Shown: one piece after another, positions 26,510 to 37,003 of the stretch
Layout of the letters: every line of letters starts with the position of its first letter
Numbering within the stretch: the first letter of the stretch is position 1
IMG/VR virus record: IMGVR_UViG_3300028601_000026
Location: 25,984-89,983 of that record
Length of the DNA: 64,000 nucleotides
Direction: 5' to 3' (one strand)
Source: a virus
Lineage: Duplodnaviria > Caudoviricetes
The notes under the pieces: model-generated
Told to the model about the DNA's origin: nothing
What the model saw: the letters and a program-made list of their open reading frames with translations, nothing else
The model's database searches: none
Program-made: the position numbers and the translations under genes

Positions 26510-29413
26510 TTAGGCAACGGCTTTCTTGGCCTCCCCATAGCTGGGACCATACCCAACGTCATATTTCCAGGGTACCGGAAGCCAGGGAGCTTTTTCACGG
26601 ATATTCTCCATAATGATTTTGTCCAACAGCTGCTTCATACCGGTCTGTCCTTTAGGGGCCTTGAAGCCGATGGAGTCATGCACGGTAAGAATGATTCGAC
26701 CTTCCCTGGAACGGAGAGCCTCCCGCAAATCGATCATGTTGGTCTGCACCAAATCATTGCTGGTGGTCTGAATACGAGCATTCACAGCCTGCCGACTGAT
26801 ACCGTTAAGCAGACTGCTGTTGTACGACGCTGCGGCATACCGGCGCTTGCGCCCCGTGAAGGTGTAGGAAAATTTATGCCTTAGTGCAAAGTTGATGGTA
26901 TTTCGGATATAACGGGCCACTCCAGGATAGGTTTTGAAAAACTTATCGAGATACTCCTGAGCTTCCTGCTCAGAAACCCTAATACGCATATCCGACCACA
27001 GCTGGGCAGCCAGCCCTTTGGCACTCATCATATATATAGTGCCAAAGTTAACTTTCTTAGCAATCTGCCGCAATACATAGTAGGGAGTTGACTTATCCTC
27101 TTTGTAGAGGCAGAGGTCTTCGTAGCTGTACTCCCCCAAGCCCGCAGCAGTCAGGCAATGCAAATCCTTGTCTTCCAAAAATGCCTGGGTTAAGGCAAGG
27201 TCCCGACTGTACGCTGTCAGAACACGCATCTCCGCATTGGCAATGTCCAGGTCATAGAAATCCTCCTCTTCCGGGTTATCCGGAAGGAACAAGGCCTTCA
27301 GATTGAGAAAAAGTTCTAAGTTACTGATTTTTAACAGGAAGGGGACGTTCTGAAGGTTGGGGTCACTGCTACTCAACCGGCTTGTAGCCGTCCCATTCTG
27401 ATGGTACTTCCCATGCAAGAACCCATCGAGGGCGGATTTCTGCAGCCAGGGATTCAGGTACGTCCCCTTGATCTTCTCCATCCTCCGCCAATCCAGAAAA
27501 TAGTTGAGGAACACATCATCCGGAAAGTCATCTGAGAGGAACTTGATTGTCTCGGCGTCAGTGCAGGGAGCTCCGGCATCCGTTTTCTTGATGATCGGCA
27601 GCTTCTTGTCTTCATAGAGGTATTTGGCAATAGCATTGCCATTGCTCAACGGAAAAGTGTACCCTATATCCGTGAAGATCTTATCCTCCACTTCTGCCAT
27701 TTTCTCTTCCAGGATTTTGATGTATTCCTTGGTGCGCTCCCGGTCCAATCGCACCCCGTAGAACTCCATCTCGGAAATCAGATCCGCCATAGGATTAACG
27801 ATATTCCGCACCGTCCACATCAACGGCTGCATCTGCAGAGGCTTTTTGATCTTTTTCTCAATCTTCAGAACCCTTAGGGCTTCCTCTTTCAGCCTCCCCA
27901 ACTGCTTAAGCATGATCTTACGCGTCATTACCCCGTCTACTGCGGCATAGAGCAGCAGTTTCGGAACAGCTAGATCCTCATAGGTAACCTCGGGCGTAAT
28001 CTCCGGAGGTTCGAACTCCAGCGGTATCAACAGTTCTTCCCGAGGTACCTTGCTCAGTAGCTTGAAGATCACCCCAGCCGACTTCTTGGTAAGAACAAGC
28101 TCCCCTTTGGATTTTTTATACTTGGGCTCTGTCAACCCCTTGGATTCCGTCATGCTCAAAAATTTCCGGGAGATCCATCGGGAGTTAAGGCTGCGCCGTT
28201 CTGTATCCGTCAGGCTCAGCCAGTAGCTGACATAAGCCTCCACCAGTTTTTCCCGGTACGCTTTTACCGCCTCTTTGAGGGTTTCTTTTCGCGCCTTTTG
28301 CAAAGAAAGCTTCTCCCGCTCCAAATCCTCCTCGTAGCGGGTATCCGTAGGGAAATAGTCTGTAGCCAACACCTTCAGAGAATACTCGCCTTTCTTTCCC
28401 TCATCCAACTGGTGCTCTATCAACATGGTATCCCAAGTCACCTCGGGGGTTTTCAGGCCTTCATGATAGCGCAGCCACTGCTGGTCAAACTTTGAGTTGT
28501 GCATAACGAGAGAAAAAGCCGGGTGATGCATGACCTGCAGTAATTTATCCCGAATTCTCTGGAAGTGTTCTTTCGAGAAAGGCAAAGCCCGATGCTCCCA
28601 GGGGAACGCCAGGCCTTGATTGTCTTCCCAAGACATAGACACCATGATACAGCGCTGTTTTGGGTCGTGGGGTAACAAGGAGGTAGTCTCCGTATCCACA
28701 GCTACCGGACGTTTTTTATTTTCTGCATGGGACTTGTCCAGTGCTGCCAGGCACTCATCCAGCTGTGCCACTATGCCTTCGCAGTCGGTCGGAGTACGGA
28801 TATCCAGTTCATCACAATTGATGCCTGAAGACAGGTACCCAAAAGCTTTTTCAATATCGCGCTTGAGGACCGTGATATATCCTGTCTCCTTCAACACTTG
28901 TACAGGTGAGATTGTTGGTAAAACTGTATACTTGACCCCTCCATAGTGGATGGTCTGAAATACTCCTCGAATCTCCCCATGCTTTTGCCGAAATCCCAAA
29001 GCCTTAGCGGCATCCGCGCCTAAGGGGATCAGAAGTTTCGGTTTGGACAGATCGAGTCGAGCTTGTAGTTGGTGACTGCACTTCTCTAAGTCTTGCTGCT
29101 TTATTTTGTAATTAAGTTCCTTGGGGACACAGCGTACAGCATAGATATACTCTGCACTAAACTGCTCAGCCCTAGGAAGCTTGCTCTTAATCTCGCTGAC
29201 AAGATTACGCAACAGCCACCCACCTTTACTGCAATACGCTCCTTTCTCTGCGTCAATATCCATGGGAAATCCTGCAATAAAAGTAATGTCCTGGTGCTGA
29301 GCCAGAGCATATTTACAGAACTCCTCTGTGTAGAGCCGACACCCAGTACAGGGCGTAGGCTTTAGACAAATAGCTTCTTCCTCTGCCAACAATTTTTTAG
29401 CTGTGTCTACCAT
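26510..29413 (-). CDS. polA: Family A DNA polymerase with N-terminal uracil-DNA glycosylase-like domain and 3'-5' exonuclease
   Basis: UDG-like CTGCRLY, AVRCVP, LLIPLGADA; Exo AVDTET, HNSKFD, YAAVDG; Pol DLDIANAEMRV, RQIAKKVNFGTIY, TVHDSI. Confidence 0.95.
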   Translation of the reverse strand: MVDTAKKLLAEEEAICLKPTPCTGCRLYTEEFCKYALAQHQDITFIAGFPMDIDAEKGAYCSKGGWLLRNLVSEIKSKLPRAEQFSAEYIYAVRCVPKELNYKIKQQDLEKCSHQLQARLDLSKPKLLIPLGADAAKALGFRQKHGEIRGVFQTIHYGGVKYTVLPTISPVQVLKETGYITVLKRDIEKAFGYLSSGINCDELDIRTPTDCEGIVAQLDECLAALDKSHAENKKRPVAVDTETTSLLPHDPKQRCIMVSMSWEDNQGLAFPWEHRALPFSKEHFQRIRDKLLQVMHHPAFSLVMHNSKFDQQWLRYHEGLKTPEVTWDTMLIEHQLDEGKKGEYSLKVLATDYFPTDTRYEEDLEREKLSLQKARKETLKEAVKAYREKLVEAYVSYWLSLTDTERRSLNSRWISRKFLSMTESKGLTEPKYKKSKGELVLTKKSAGVIFKLLSKVPREELLIPLEFEPPEITPEVTYEDLAVPKLLLYAAVDGVMTRKIMLKQLGRLKEEALRVLKIEKKIKKPLQMQPLMWTVRNIVNPMADLISEMEFYGVRLDRERTKEYIKILEEKMAEVEDKIFTDIGYTFPLSNGNAIAKYLYEDKKLPIIKKTDAGAPCTDAETIKFLSDDFPDDVFLNYFLDWRRMEKIKGTYLNPWLQKSALDGFLHGKYHQNGTATSRLSSSDPNLQNVPFLLKISNLELFLNLKALFLPDNPEEEDFYDLDIANAEMRVLTAYSRDLALTQAFLEDKDLHCLTAAGLGEYSYEDLCLYKEDKSTPYYVLRQIAKKVNFGTIYMMSAKGLAAQLWSDMRIRVSEQEAQEYLDKFFKTYPGVARYIRNTINFALRHKFSYTFTGRKRRYAAASYNSSLLNGISRQAVNARIQTTSNDLVQTNMIDLREALRSREGRIILTVHDSIGFKAPKGQTGMKQLLDKIIMENIREKAPWLPVPWKYDVGYGPSYGEAKKAVA

Positions 29414-29458
29414 GAGCTTCCTTCTTTTTTGCCGGCACCCCTTTAATTAGGGCCTACC

Positions 29459-29490
29459 AGAAAGCCGGAACTGAAAAATTCCGGCTTTCT
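29459..29490. terminator. Intergenic stem-loop between primase-helicase and polA
   Basis: agaaagccggaa-N8-ttccggctttct, perfect 12-bp stem. Confidence 0.6.
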
Positions 29491-29499
29491 GCACATGTT

Positions 29500-32400
29500 T
29501 TAAATATCAAAATCCTCCACGTAAGAGAGGTCTGTGGCTGCAGCGCTCTCCTCAATCACCCCAGAGGGCTCTGCTATTTGCTTGGGGGGTATCGGTTTCA
29601 TCCCGATACTGGGGAGCCCGAGATAGGCTATATCCACCACGGTGTAGTCCATGGGGGTTTGCACATCATGCAAGCCCAACGACTGCACAATAAGTTGGTG
29701 CTGTTCAGGTGTCACAGAGTCCCAGCTATGACAACAGCGAGCGGCCATATCCCGTAAAGCAACCACGGGTTTACGGATGTACTCGTAGTTGCCCTGCATC
29801 AACGAGCTGTGGACCAGATACCGCCAGACCAGGACAATGACCTGAAGCTCTGAGACAAAGTAAACGCCAGTACGGAGGTTGTTGAGGATGTGAATTTCCC
29901 CCTCCTCCAAAAGCGTTTTAGCGGAGACCTTGCTGATCGCTCCGTCTTCTCCGTGGACAAACAGCTTATCCGGTACCAGGCAGGCATCTATGACGGGTAT
30001 TGTGTTGTTGGACATGCTGATCGCAGCAAGACGATCCTTGTACTTCGTCAGAAAATCTATATACATAGCGTCCGCGTCGTAGCCCAGCATCTCGTATACG
30101 GCCAATGGAGTCAGGACACTCTCCATGAAACGGGTAGACCGATGCAGGTCCCCTGCAATCTCCGGGAGACGCTTTCGCAGAATGTTACGCCTGCGGTAAA
30201 TCTCTGGAATCCGCGGTAGGAGGCAGATAGTGTTGTTCTGCTGCAGACGTAGATACTCCTCCTCGGTAAAGTGCTCAAAGATGTGCTGATCTGGAGGCTT
30301 ACGCCCCTGATCCTTGACCGTGCTGATGATCAGGATACGGCTCAGAAAAACACTATCCGACGGGGTGTTGATCGCTGCCAGGATAACCGGCATCTGAATT
30401 TTGTACTGCCGGACTGACGTTCCGTCGGCGCCTCCTCGAGTTACTGTACTGCCACCTTGTGGAACCCGATACAACAAGGTCATGATCTCCCGGTTACGCT
30501 CCTCCGCCTTGGAAGCCCGGATGGCTCCGGTTTCTTCAGCTTCATCCAGTACATAGGCCAGCGTAGATTTCTGCATGGTCTGATACAAAGAAGCCGCGGT
30601 GGCATCGTTAGCGGTTACAGCACTTTCCAGCAAGCTAGGAGGCAGGGTTTTACCTGGCTTGACTTCCTGGTTGGGGCCCCCGAGAATGCCGTGGATCAAA
30701 GAGGATTTCCCGGATTCCGCCTGACCTGTGATGAAGGTAATGGAGCTTTCCCCCACCGAGGCCATGATCGGCAGAGACATGATATAGGCCGCCAGGAAAG
30801 GGTTAATCATATCGTTGTGTTCAAGCTTCCACCCATCCAACACCGTGCGTATGGCTCTATAGTGGAATTGAAGATCCACGGTATTGGCCCGTTCCAGGTC
30901 TGTGGTCTCCTGAACAAAGGACCAACGGTGGATGGGACTGAGATTCTCAAACAGGACTTTGCCATCAATATTGCTTTTTAACTCCTCCCAAGTGAGCTGA
31001 TCATCCTGAGAAAAGCGGCCACGGAAGACTTTCTTTCCATTTACGAAGTAGACCGTGTCACCTTTCCTCCGGTACTCTGCCGGGATATTGGAATAATGGA
31101 TACCCTGCGTCAGGGTTGCCAGCTCTTCAACATTGATGGCGTCAGTGAGCATGGACTCTGCCACCTCTTTTAGCAGTTCCCAGGCATTCCGCTTTTTGAT
31201 GGAAAGCATTCTCCCAGGCTCGGTTTCCTCGTCTATCCCTTCCAGGTAGATGTGGTTATTTCCGAGGATCTGATCAAAGAACTCCATCCCGGTACGTCCG
31301 GTACTGGCAGCTACCAGGTTGAACAGGGCATTTTCGTTCTTGGGTTCAAACTCCCAAAGTTCACTCTTATGTACTGCCCAGCATTTATACTGCGTCCGAC
31401 CACCTTTCCTTTCGTAGTAAGAAACTCGCAGATAATTGCTCAGCTGTTTCTTGATAAGCGCCAAACAACTGGCTAGGGTGGTTGAGGAAGCCAGGGCCTC
31501 GTTTACTGAGGAGACCTGAGAGAGGTCCACGTTGAACCGACTGGCTACTGCAGCGATGTAGGCTTGGCACTCCGAGGGATCGCTCAGAAGCCCAAACCAC
31601 TTTTTGGCTTCGTCGTACGATTTCTTGTCTCGCTCCGCCACCAGGTTTTTCAAGCGGTTTTCATAGCCCTCCACTGTAGTGTCCAGGAGGTGCAAAGCCT
31701 GATTGTATTGCTCCTGGAGATCCTCTATGGCAGAGCAAGCCTTCTCGGTAACCCAGCTGGCTGCGTTCAGAAAATAAGCATTGCGCTGATGAAACAGGTA
31801 ATTGAGCATTACCTCGTGCCCGCAGAACTGCACGGCATCATCGAGGTCCCCGCCCAGCAGCTCATGAGGCCAGGTAAAAATCCGAAGGCTTAGCGGCTGG
31901 CAATCCAAAGTCTGTGTAAAATTGGCTTTGGAATTCAGCACCCGACAGGCATACTCGTCTCCCCGCTTCTCCCCGGGCCGATCAGGCACCAGCCAAATAT
32001 GCCGGACTCCGTACTCCCGTAGAAAAGCCAGGTCCACGGTGCCCGACCCACCCGAACTGACGATGATAAAATCCATGGTACCGGTCAGGTCCTGAGCCAC
32101 CATGGCAGCGAAGGCATCAAACTCCCCTTCGGTAACATAAACACTGGTTTCGTTGTGCCCCAGGAGGCGTTGGTACCGGTGCAGCCCTGTCACCCCGTTC
32201 GGAGACGTTTTATCTTCTCCGATGTTGACGATGCCACTTTTACGGAAAGCCTCCCGCAAAATGTGCGGAGGAAGTTCTTCCAGAGGAACTCCGGCATTCC
32301 TCTCTATAAAGGTGGGATCTATCGGACGTACTTTGAAGCGGGCAATGGTGCCAGGGGAGTCGTTACTGTGGGTTACTACGCTCCCCCATTTGCTGCCGGA

Positions 32401-33054
32401 TTTGTTCTCGGTACTAAAGTACTCGTCGTAGAGGGAGTGCAAATCCGGATCCTCAATATACTTCTTGGCATGTTCCGGCTTGGCAAAGACCCCCACAGGG
32501 AGGTTAGGCAGGGAGGTTACCGGGATGCTTCGTGCTTTGGTCAGATACAGAAACGCCAAATGCACATACTCCAGATGCTTGGGACGATCCCGTACCCACT
32601 CTTCCAGCACCTTTGAGAACGCTATGGCTGCAGCTTTTTTCATTTCCTGCAGCTGGTTATAATTGTTGAGTTCGTCCAGATTGGACAGAGAGGAGGAGAG
32701 GTTGAAACGGTTATGCAGAAGCAGCAATGCCTCCTGCATGGACATGTTCCCTACTTTGGCAATCAAGGACACCGGATTGGTGACAAACTTTTCACAGGTG
32801 CCAAAACATTTCCCTAAACCCCGAGTTAGGGAGATGCGAAACGAAGGTGTCTTTTCATCATGATATGGGCAGCACCCGGAGATGGAAGCTTGACCTTTCT
32901 GCTCCCACTTATTGCCCGGAGACAGTTCCCGCAGTAAAGAGAGCCACTCGGAGGCAGATATAACTGTCCAAAGTCTCCGCAGTTCTTCTTCGGGGCGTCC
33001 TGCCTTTCTGCTTGCTGTTTTCTTTGTTCCCCGAGATCTCTTGGGAGAGGCCAT
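29500..33054 (-). CDS. DNA primase-helicase fusion (CHC2 zinc finger + TOPRIM + P-loop)
   Basis: CCPYHDEKTPSF...CFGTC; VYVTEGEFDA, WLVPDRPG, GGDLDD; ITGQAESGKSS, YVLDEAE. Confidence 0.85.
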   Translation of the reverse strand: MASPKRSRGTKKTASRKAGRPEEELRRLWTVISASEWLSLLRELSPGNKWEQKGQASISGCCPYHDEKTPSFRISLTRGLGKCFGTCEKFVTNPVSLIAKVGNMSMQEALLLLHNRFNLSSSLSNLDELNNYNQLQEMKKAAAIAFSKVLEEWVRDRPKHLEYVHLAFLYLTKARSIPVTSLPNLPVGVFAKPEHAKKYIEDPDLHSLYDEYFSTENKSGSKWGSVVTHSNDSPGTIARFKVRPIDPTFIERNAGVPLEELPPHILREAFRKSGIVNIGEDKTSPNGVTGLHRYQRLLGHNETSVYVTEGEFDAFAAMVAQDLTGTMDFIIVSSGGSGTVDLAFLREYGVRHIWLVPDRPGEKRGDEYACRVLNSKANFTQTLDCQPLSLRIFTWPHELLGGDLDDAVQFCGHEVMLNYLFHQRNAYFLNAASWVTEKACSAIEDLQEQYNQALHLLDTTVEGYENRLKNLVAERDKKSYDEAKKWFGLLSDPSECQAYIAAVASRFNVDLSQVSSVNEALASSTTLASCLALIKKQLSNYLRVSYYERKGGRTQYKCWAVHKSELWEFEPKNENALFNLVAASTGRTGMEFFDQILGNNHIYLEGIDEETEPGRMLSIKKRNAWELLKEVAESMLTDAINVEELATLTQGIHYSNIPAEYRRKGDTVYFVNGKKVFRGRFSQDDQLTWEELKSNIDGKVLFENLSPIHRWSFVQETTDLERANTVDLQFHYRAIRTVLDGWKLEHNDMINPFLAAYIMSLPIMASVGESSITFITGQAESGKSSLIHGILGGPNQEVKPGKTLPPSLLESAVTANDATAASLYQTMQKSTLAYVLDEAEETGAIRASKAEERNREIMTLLYRVPQGGSTVTRGGADGTSVRQYKIQMPVILAAINTPSDSVFLSRILIISTVKDQGRKPPDQHIFEHFTEEEYLRLQQNNTICLLPRIPEIYRRRNILRKRLPEIAGDLHRSTRFMESVLTPLAVYEMLGYDADAMYIDFLTKYKDRLAAISMSNNTIPVIDACLVPDKLFVHGEDGAISKVSAKTLLEEGEIHILNNLRTGVYFVSELQVIVLVWRYLVHSSLMQGNYEYIRKPVVALRDMAARCCHSWDSVTPEQHQLIVQSLGLHDVQTPMDYTVVDIAYLGLPSIGMKPIPPKQIAEPSGVIEESAAATDLSYVEDFDI

Positions 33055-33086
33055 AACAATTTCCTTTCTAGAAGCACAGACAGCAA

Positions 33087-33132
33087 GAGGGGCCGAAGCC
33101 CCTCACTAAATCCCCTGTAAATCCACTGTAAA
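33087..33132 (-). promoter_or_regulatory. C(UUCG)G hairpin plus short tandem repeat upstream of primase
   Basis: gaggggc-ttcg-gcccctc on the minus strand (33087-33104); taaatcccctg-taaatccactg-taaa at 33107-33132. Confidence 0.45.
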
Positions 33133-33137
33133 AACGC

Positions 33138-34022
33138 CTACTTTGTTCGAGAGCGTTTTTTCTTTTTGCTGAGGTAGTTCTGCCCCTCTGGGCAGCCCTC
33201 AGTAAAATTGCACCACTCACAAGCCTTACCTGGACACGCCTCAAATACTTCCCCCTCCTTAGGGTGTTTCTCTATAAAATCCTCAAGAAAACCAAGGACG
33301 GAGGAGGCCAGTTCTCCCAGTCGATCCCGCGTATAGGTGGTGAGGATAATCTCCTCTGCCGGAATAAAAGCCCCACCGGCCTGCACCTTCTGGACCTGTG
33401 GATGCTGCAGAAAAGTAGCCAGAGCATAAATCTGGGTCTGCACATCCGCAGCACTTTGATTCTCTTCTGTCGGAGCGTGGGACTTATAGTCCACGATCAC
33501 CGCCTGTGTCCGTGGAGCATTCAGTGCCTTCAGGTCTTGATAGCCATACAGCAACCGATCTTTCCAGCCACAGGCAGGCATTCCCTTGCCATTGCGAGCA
33601 AGCACAAACATTTGCTCAGGGTATAGTTGCAATTGGTACCGAGAGGCCATGGCCAGCACCCGTTTCAGGGTACGCTCCGTGGGGCCCCGTAAGGGCTCGA
33701 GCAGGTCCTTCTCCTCCAGGGTCAGTGAGTAGCCGTGGTACAGGTCTCCCCACACCTTATCGAAGTCCGCTGCTTCCTCCGAAATACCAAAAATCATGGT
33801 GCGTTTAACGCAAGCCTCCAGTACCCCATGTACAAATTTCCCGACAATGGCAGGCGAGGGATCAAACGGCGTGCCCTTGGTACCTTTGTCCAGATAGGTT
33901 TTGCAGTACCGGCGGCCACACCCAAGAAGAGCTTTTGCTTTGGAATAACTCAAAGGAAGTGCTTTTGGCAGGAGAGTGAGGCGCTGGGCTATTTCTGCAA
34001 AAAGCTGTTGTGTAGTCTGCAT
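33138..34022 (-). CDS. PD-(D/E)XK nuclease, Cas4/RecB-like (copy 1)
   Basis: LSYSK...GCGRRY, GKFVHGVLE, YGYQDL, IVDYKS, CPGKACEWCNFTEGC; start taken at MQTTQQ. Confidence 0.85.
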   Translation of the reverse strand: MQTTQQLFAEIAQRLTLLPKALPLSYSKAKALLGCGRRYCKTYLDKGTKGTPFDPSPAIVGKFVHGVLEACVKRTMIFGISEEAADFDKVWGDLYHGYSLTLEEKDLLEPLRGPTERTLKRVLAMASRYQLQLYPEQMFVLARNGKGMPACGWKDRLLYGYQDLKALNAPRTQAVIVDYKSHAPTEENQSAADVQTQIYALATFLQHPQVQKVQAGGAFIPAEEIILTTYTRDRLGELASSVLGFLEDFIEKHPKEGEVFEACPGKACEWCNFTEGCPEGQNYLSKKKKRSRTK

Positions 34023-34046
34023 ATAGGGTCCTATACGAAGGAGCAT

Positions 34047-34080
34047 CAGGGCCTAGCCAAAGACGCTTAGCTAGGCCCTG
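34047..34080. terminator. Intergenic stem-loop after HU gene
   Basis: cagggcctagc-N12-gctaggccctg. Confidence 0.55.
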
Positions 34081-34090
34081 AAAGGTGGTC

Positions 34091-34339
34091 TTACACGGCG
34101 AATTTATACCGGATGGTCACTTTTTCCGGCTTCTGCTGAATCTCGTTGGCCTGGATATTGTAAAACGCTCCAGCCGGCGAAACCTTTTTGTAAAACCGAT
34201 GCTTGCCGAAGCGCACTTCTCCATCCTCCGAAGCCGCTTTGATGAAGGTAGTAAAAATCCTGTCCAACATTTCCCGGGCCTTGGCTTTGGAAAGGCCTTC
34301 CTGCTCTGCAACAGCTGCGACAACTTGATCCGTGGTCAT
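34091..34339 (-). CDS. HU/IHF family DNA-binding protein
   Basis: MTTDQVVAAVAEQEGLSKAKAREMLDRIF...GEVRFG...YNIQANE...IRYK; RBS aggag. Confidence 0.85.
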   Translation of the reverse strand: MTTDQVVAAVAEQEGLSKAKAREMLDRIFTTFIKAASEDGEVRFGKHRFYKKVSPAGAFYNIQANEIQQKPEKVTIRYKFAV

Positions 34340-34425
34340 GCTATTTTTCTCTCCTGTGGTTGATTGTGGAGGGGAGAAGTCTCCCCTCCAAGAATTAAGA
34401 AACAAAAGCCGAAAGAAGACTTTAC

Positions 34426-35385
34426 TTACACGTCAAAATCTTCTCCGACAGCATTGGCAATCTGAGCATCCAGATCAGCCGATCCGTCCAAAGTGGCTCC
34501 TTCCAGATCAGCCGAACCATCCTCGCCGGAATAATCCTGGTCCTCAGGCCGCGAACGATTTTTCAAAGCATTGCAGTAGAACTGTGCCAAGGGCAGATAC
34601 AGCGTGCCATCGATCTTTTCATCTTTGGCAAAATCCAAAGTCATCTCGTAGTACGGGCCTTTCTTGGAACGAACAGCACGAGCCTTGATAACGTAGGAAA
34701 AGATGCTTTCTCCCAGGATTTCAGCGGCATTGCTGTATGTCTGATAGGACCGCACAAACTTTTTCCACACCGAGATGGACTTCCCATGAAAGTTATACTT
34801 CACAGGGAAAGCCCGATCCCCAAGAATTGCCAGGAAAGCCACTTCCGCGTATTCCCGACAACGGGGAGCCCCACCCTCCGGAGGAAATTTAGCTTCGTCA
34901 CAAAGGACACCGTACTTTTTCTTACCGTCCTTGGCATCGGTATACCAGCCAGTACAGGCAGCACTGTACGGAGCTTCGACTTTGGCATTCGGGCAGACCC
35001 CGTCGGTGGAGTAACAATCCGGCTTGTTTTCCCCTTCGCCATCAAATTTGGGGAAACGTGAGCGCCCCTCCCGCAGAATGCAGATAGGCAGCAAGACCAG
35101 CTCCTCCAGAAAACCCAGAGTGACGATAGGAGTCTTGTTGCTGATCATGCCCACAAAGTAACTGCCCTCTTTTTTCTCCCACTGCGGACGGTTGGTGACA
35201 TGCGCAGGCTGAATCAGCACTGCCTCAAACAGAGCCTCCCAGGGGCTGGCTTCATTGAATCCCATGATGGTCATGGGCTTATCCCCGATCATAATTTCTT
35301 TTTTACCGTCCGGTCGGATGGTCACCAGCTCCGTATCTGCGGTTGCTGCTACGAAAGTGGTAAGCCCTTTGTCCTCTTCTGCCAT
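34426..35385 (-). CDS. Putative ssDNA-binding/annealing protein
   Basis: Start MAEEDK with aaggag RBS; CYSTDGVCP...C motif; acidic tail ending EDFDV; sits in the replication module. Confidence 0.55.
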   Translation of the reverse strand: MAEEDKGLTTFVAATADTELVTIRPDGKKEIMIGDKPMTIMGFNEASPWEALFEAVLIQPAHVTNRPQWEKKEGSYFVGMISNKTPIVTLGFLEELVLLPICILREGRSRFPKFDGEGENKPDCYSTDGVCPNAKVEAPYSAACTGWYTDAKDGKKKYGVLCDEAKFPPEGGAPRCREYAEVAFLAILGDRAFPVKYNFHGKSISVWKKFVRSYQTYSNAAEILGESIFSYVIKARAVRSKKGPYYEMTLDFAKDEKIDGTLYLPLAQFYCNALKNRSRPEDQDYSGEDGSADLEGATLDGSADLDAQIANAVGEDFDV

Positions 35386-35481
35386 GATGCACTCCTTCTT
35401 GGTTAATTTGTTCCGACGGCTAAATCGTGAACAATATTGGTAAGGGCAGCCGTAATTTTTAAGCAACTGCCAGAAAAAAAG

Positions 35482-35515
35482 TAAGGCCACCAAGGACTTA
35501 TCCCTGGTGGCCTTA
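35482..35515. terminator. Intergenic stem-loop after second sigma gene
   Basis: taaggccacca-N12-tggtggcctta. Confidence 0.5.
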
Positions 35516-35567
35516 AATGTTTGCGCCAAAATAGACGCAAACGGCTTGATTTTATTTTTTTTCTAAA

Positions 35568-36542
35568 CTAAATAAATGGAGATTCCACCCCTGCACGTTG
35601 GAAAAATACACGGACCTTTTCCAAAGCCTTTCTCTGCAGCTGGAAAATCCACTCCGTAGTACCCTTCCAACCAAAAGAACGGAACAGGTCGGAAACCTGA
35701 GACAACGTCAGCTTCGGCGTTCCGAATACTCCAAACCGATAAGTAATGACGACTTTCTCCTTTTCGCTGAGCACGGAACATCCGGGATTGAGAAGAAATT
35801 CCAACATCTGAATAACCCGACGTTGGTCTACAATCTCTTCCAGAGCAGGGGAATCCTCAGACAACAGGTACTCCCATTCCAAGGTGTCCGCTTCGTTGGC
35901 ATTCATCGCCCACGACAAGGTTCTCCCTGCCGGATAAGTGTCCTGAGAGAACTGCTGTGAGGTATCTACTCCTGGTTCCGTCCCCTCCTCGCCTTTAGAT
36001 TCCTCGGGAGCACCCGCCTCCTCTTTAAAATCGTCCTCTGTCAAAGGTTGAGCAAGAGCTTCCGCCAACTCCCTTCGGGCATGCCGCGGAATCTTGACCA
36101 CCCCATCGTTCATTCGGGACGTCTCTATCGCCTCTTTGAGGTACCAGGCGATATAGCTCGTGAATTTACTGCCTCGAGTAACATCGAACTTTTCTATGGC
36201 GGTGAGTACAGACACCACCATATTTTGCAAAGCATCTTCAAACAGGCTGGCACGCAGGGCATAATGCCGGCGCAGTAGGTAGGGCAACAGAAAATAGACA
36301 TTTAACAGAATGCAGTCTCGACAGCGAAATTTCCTGGGGGGTGAGGTTTCCGGAGCGTGGTACTCTAAGAGCCAGGCCTGAATCGCCTGATCCCTCTCCT
36401 TTCCGTAATAGACCGGAATGTCTGAAAAGGATAAATACCGTGAAATAAACTTTACGGTATCCGTCTCTCTAGGAGAAAATGCTTCGGAAACTCTGTTGCT
36501 GACATATGCACCACCCTGACTCTGAGTCTCTGCCTGTTGCAT
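35568..36542 (-). CDS. Sigma-70 family sigma factor (RpoD/RpoH-like)
   Basis: AIEKFDVTRGSKFTSYIAWYL, VKIPRH, LSEKEKVVITYRFG...LTLSQV. Confidence 0.9.
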   Translation of the reverse strand: MQQAETQSQGGAYVSNRVSEAFSPRETDTVKFISRYLSFSDIPVYYGKERDQAIQAWLLEYHAPETSPPRKFRCRDCILLNVYFLLPYLLRRHYALRASLFEDALQNMVVSVLTAIEKFDVTRGSKFTSYIAWYLKEAIETSRMNDGVVKIPRHARRELAEALAQPLTEDDFKEEAGAPEESKGEEGTEPGVDTSQQFSQDTYPAGRTLSWAMNANEADTLEWEYLLSEDSPALEEIVDQRRVIQMLEFLLNPGCSVLSEKEKVVITYRFGVFGTPKLTLSQVSDLFRSFGWKGTTEWIFQLQRKALEKVRVFFQRAGVESPFI

Positions 36543-36614
36543 CGTACTGCCTCCTGCACAATCGTCTGTTAACTGAATAAGAACATCCCCTACTTATGTG
36601 CTGCCACCACAAAA

Positions 36615-36652
36615 AAAATTCTAAATTAATACATTGATTAATTTAGAATTTT
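36615..36652. repeat. Perfect 16-bp AT-rich inverted repeat
   Basis: aaaattctaaattaat-acattg-attaatttagaatttt. Confidence 0.85.
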
Positions 36653-36954
36653 ATATTATTTTTCGCTACTTTGCAATATCTGGTACTGAAAGTTATCCAA
36701 AAAAAAATATGACAGGCCGGGCAAACCAGTACCAAAGTTTCCTGTGCCAGGGCTTTTTGCTTAGGGGACGCTCCCGGGCGTGTCAGCAGCAGAGAAACCT
36801 CATGCTCAGTGCCCTCCATGAGTGTGCCGCAGTTCGGGCACGTCACCACTTTTTCTGCTTCCCTCATCAGACAATCGAAGCATAAAAACCCGTTGTGCGT
36901 TTTCATAGCTTTATCCCCAAGTGTCAATACTCGGTTACATTTACAGCATTTCAC
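36643..36954 (-). CDS. Small multi-CxxC Zn-finger protein
   Basis: CCKC, CFDC, CPNC, CPAC; GTG start. Confidence 0.7.
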   Translation of the reverse strand: MKCCKCNRVLTLGDKAMKTHNGFLCFDCLMREAEKVVTCPNCGTLMEGTEHEVSLLLTRPGASPKQKALAQETLVLVCPACHIFFWITFSTRYCKVAKNNIKF

Positions 36955-37003
36955 CGGGCCTCACTTTGCCTCTTACCAAGGCGCCCCTTTGGGGTCTTCA
37001 TAA

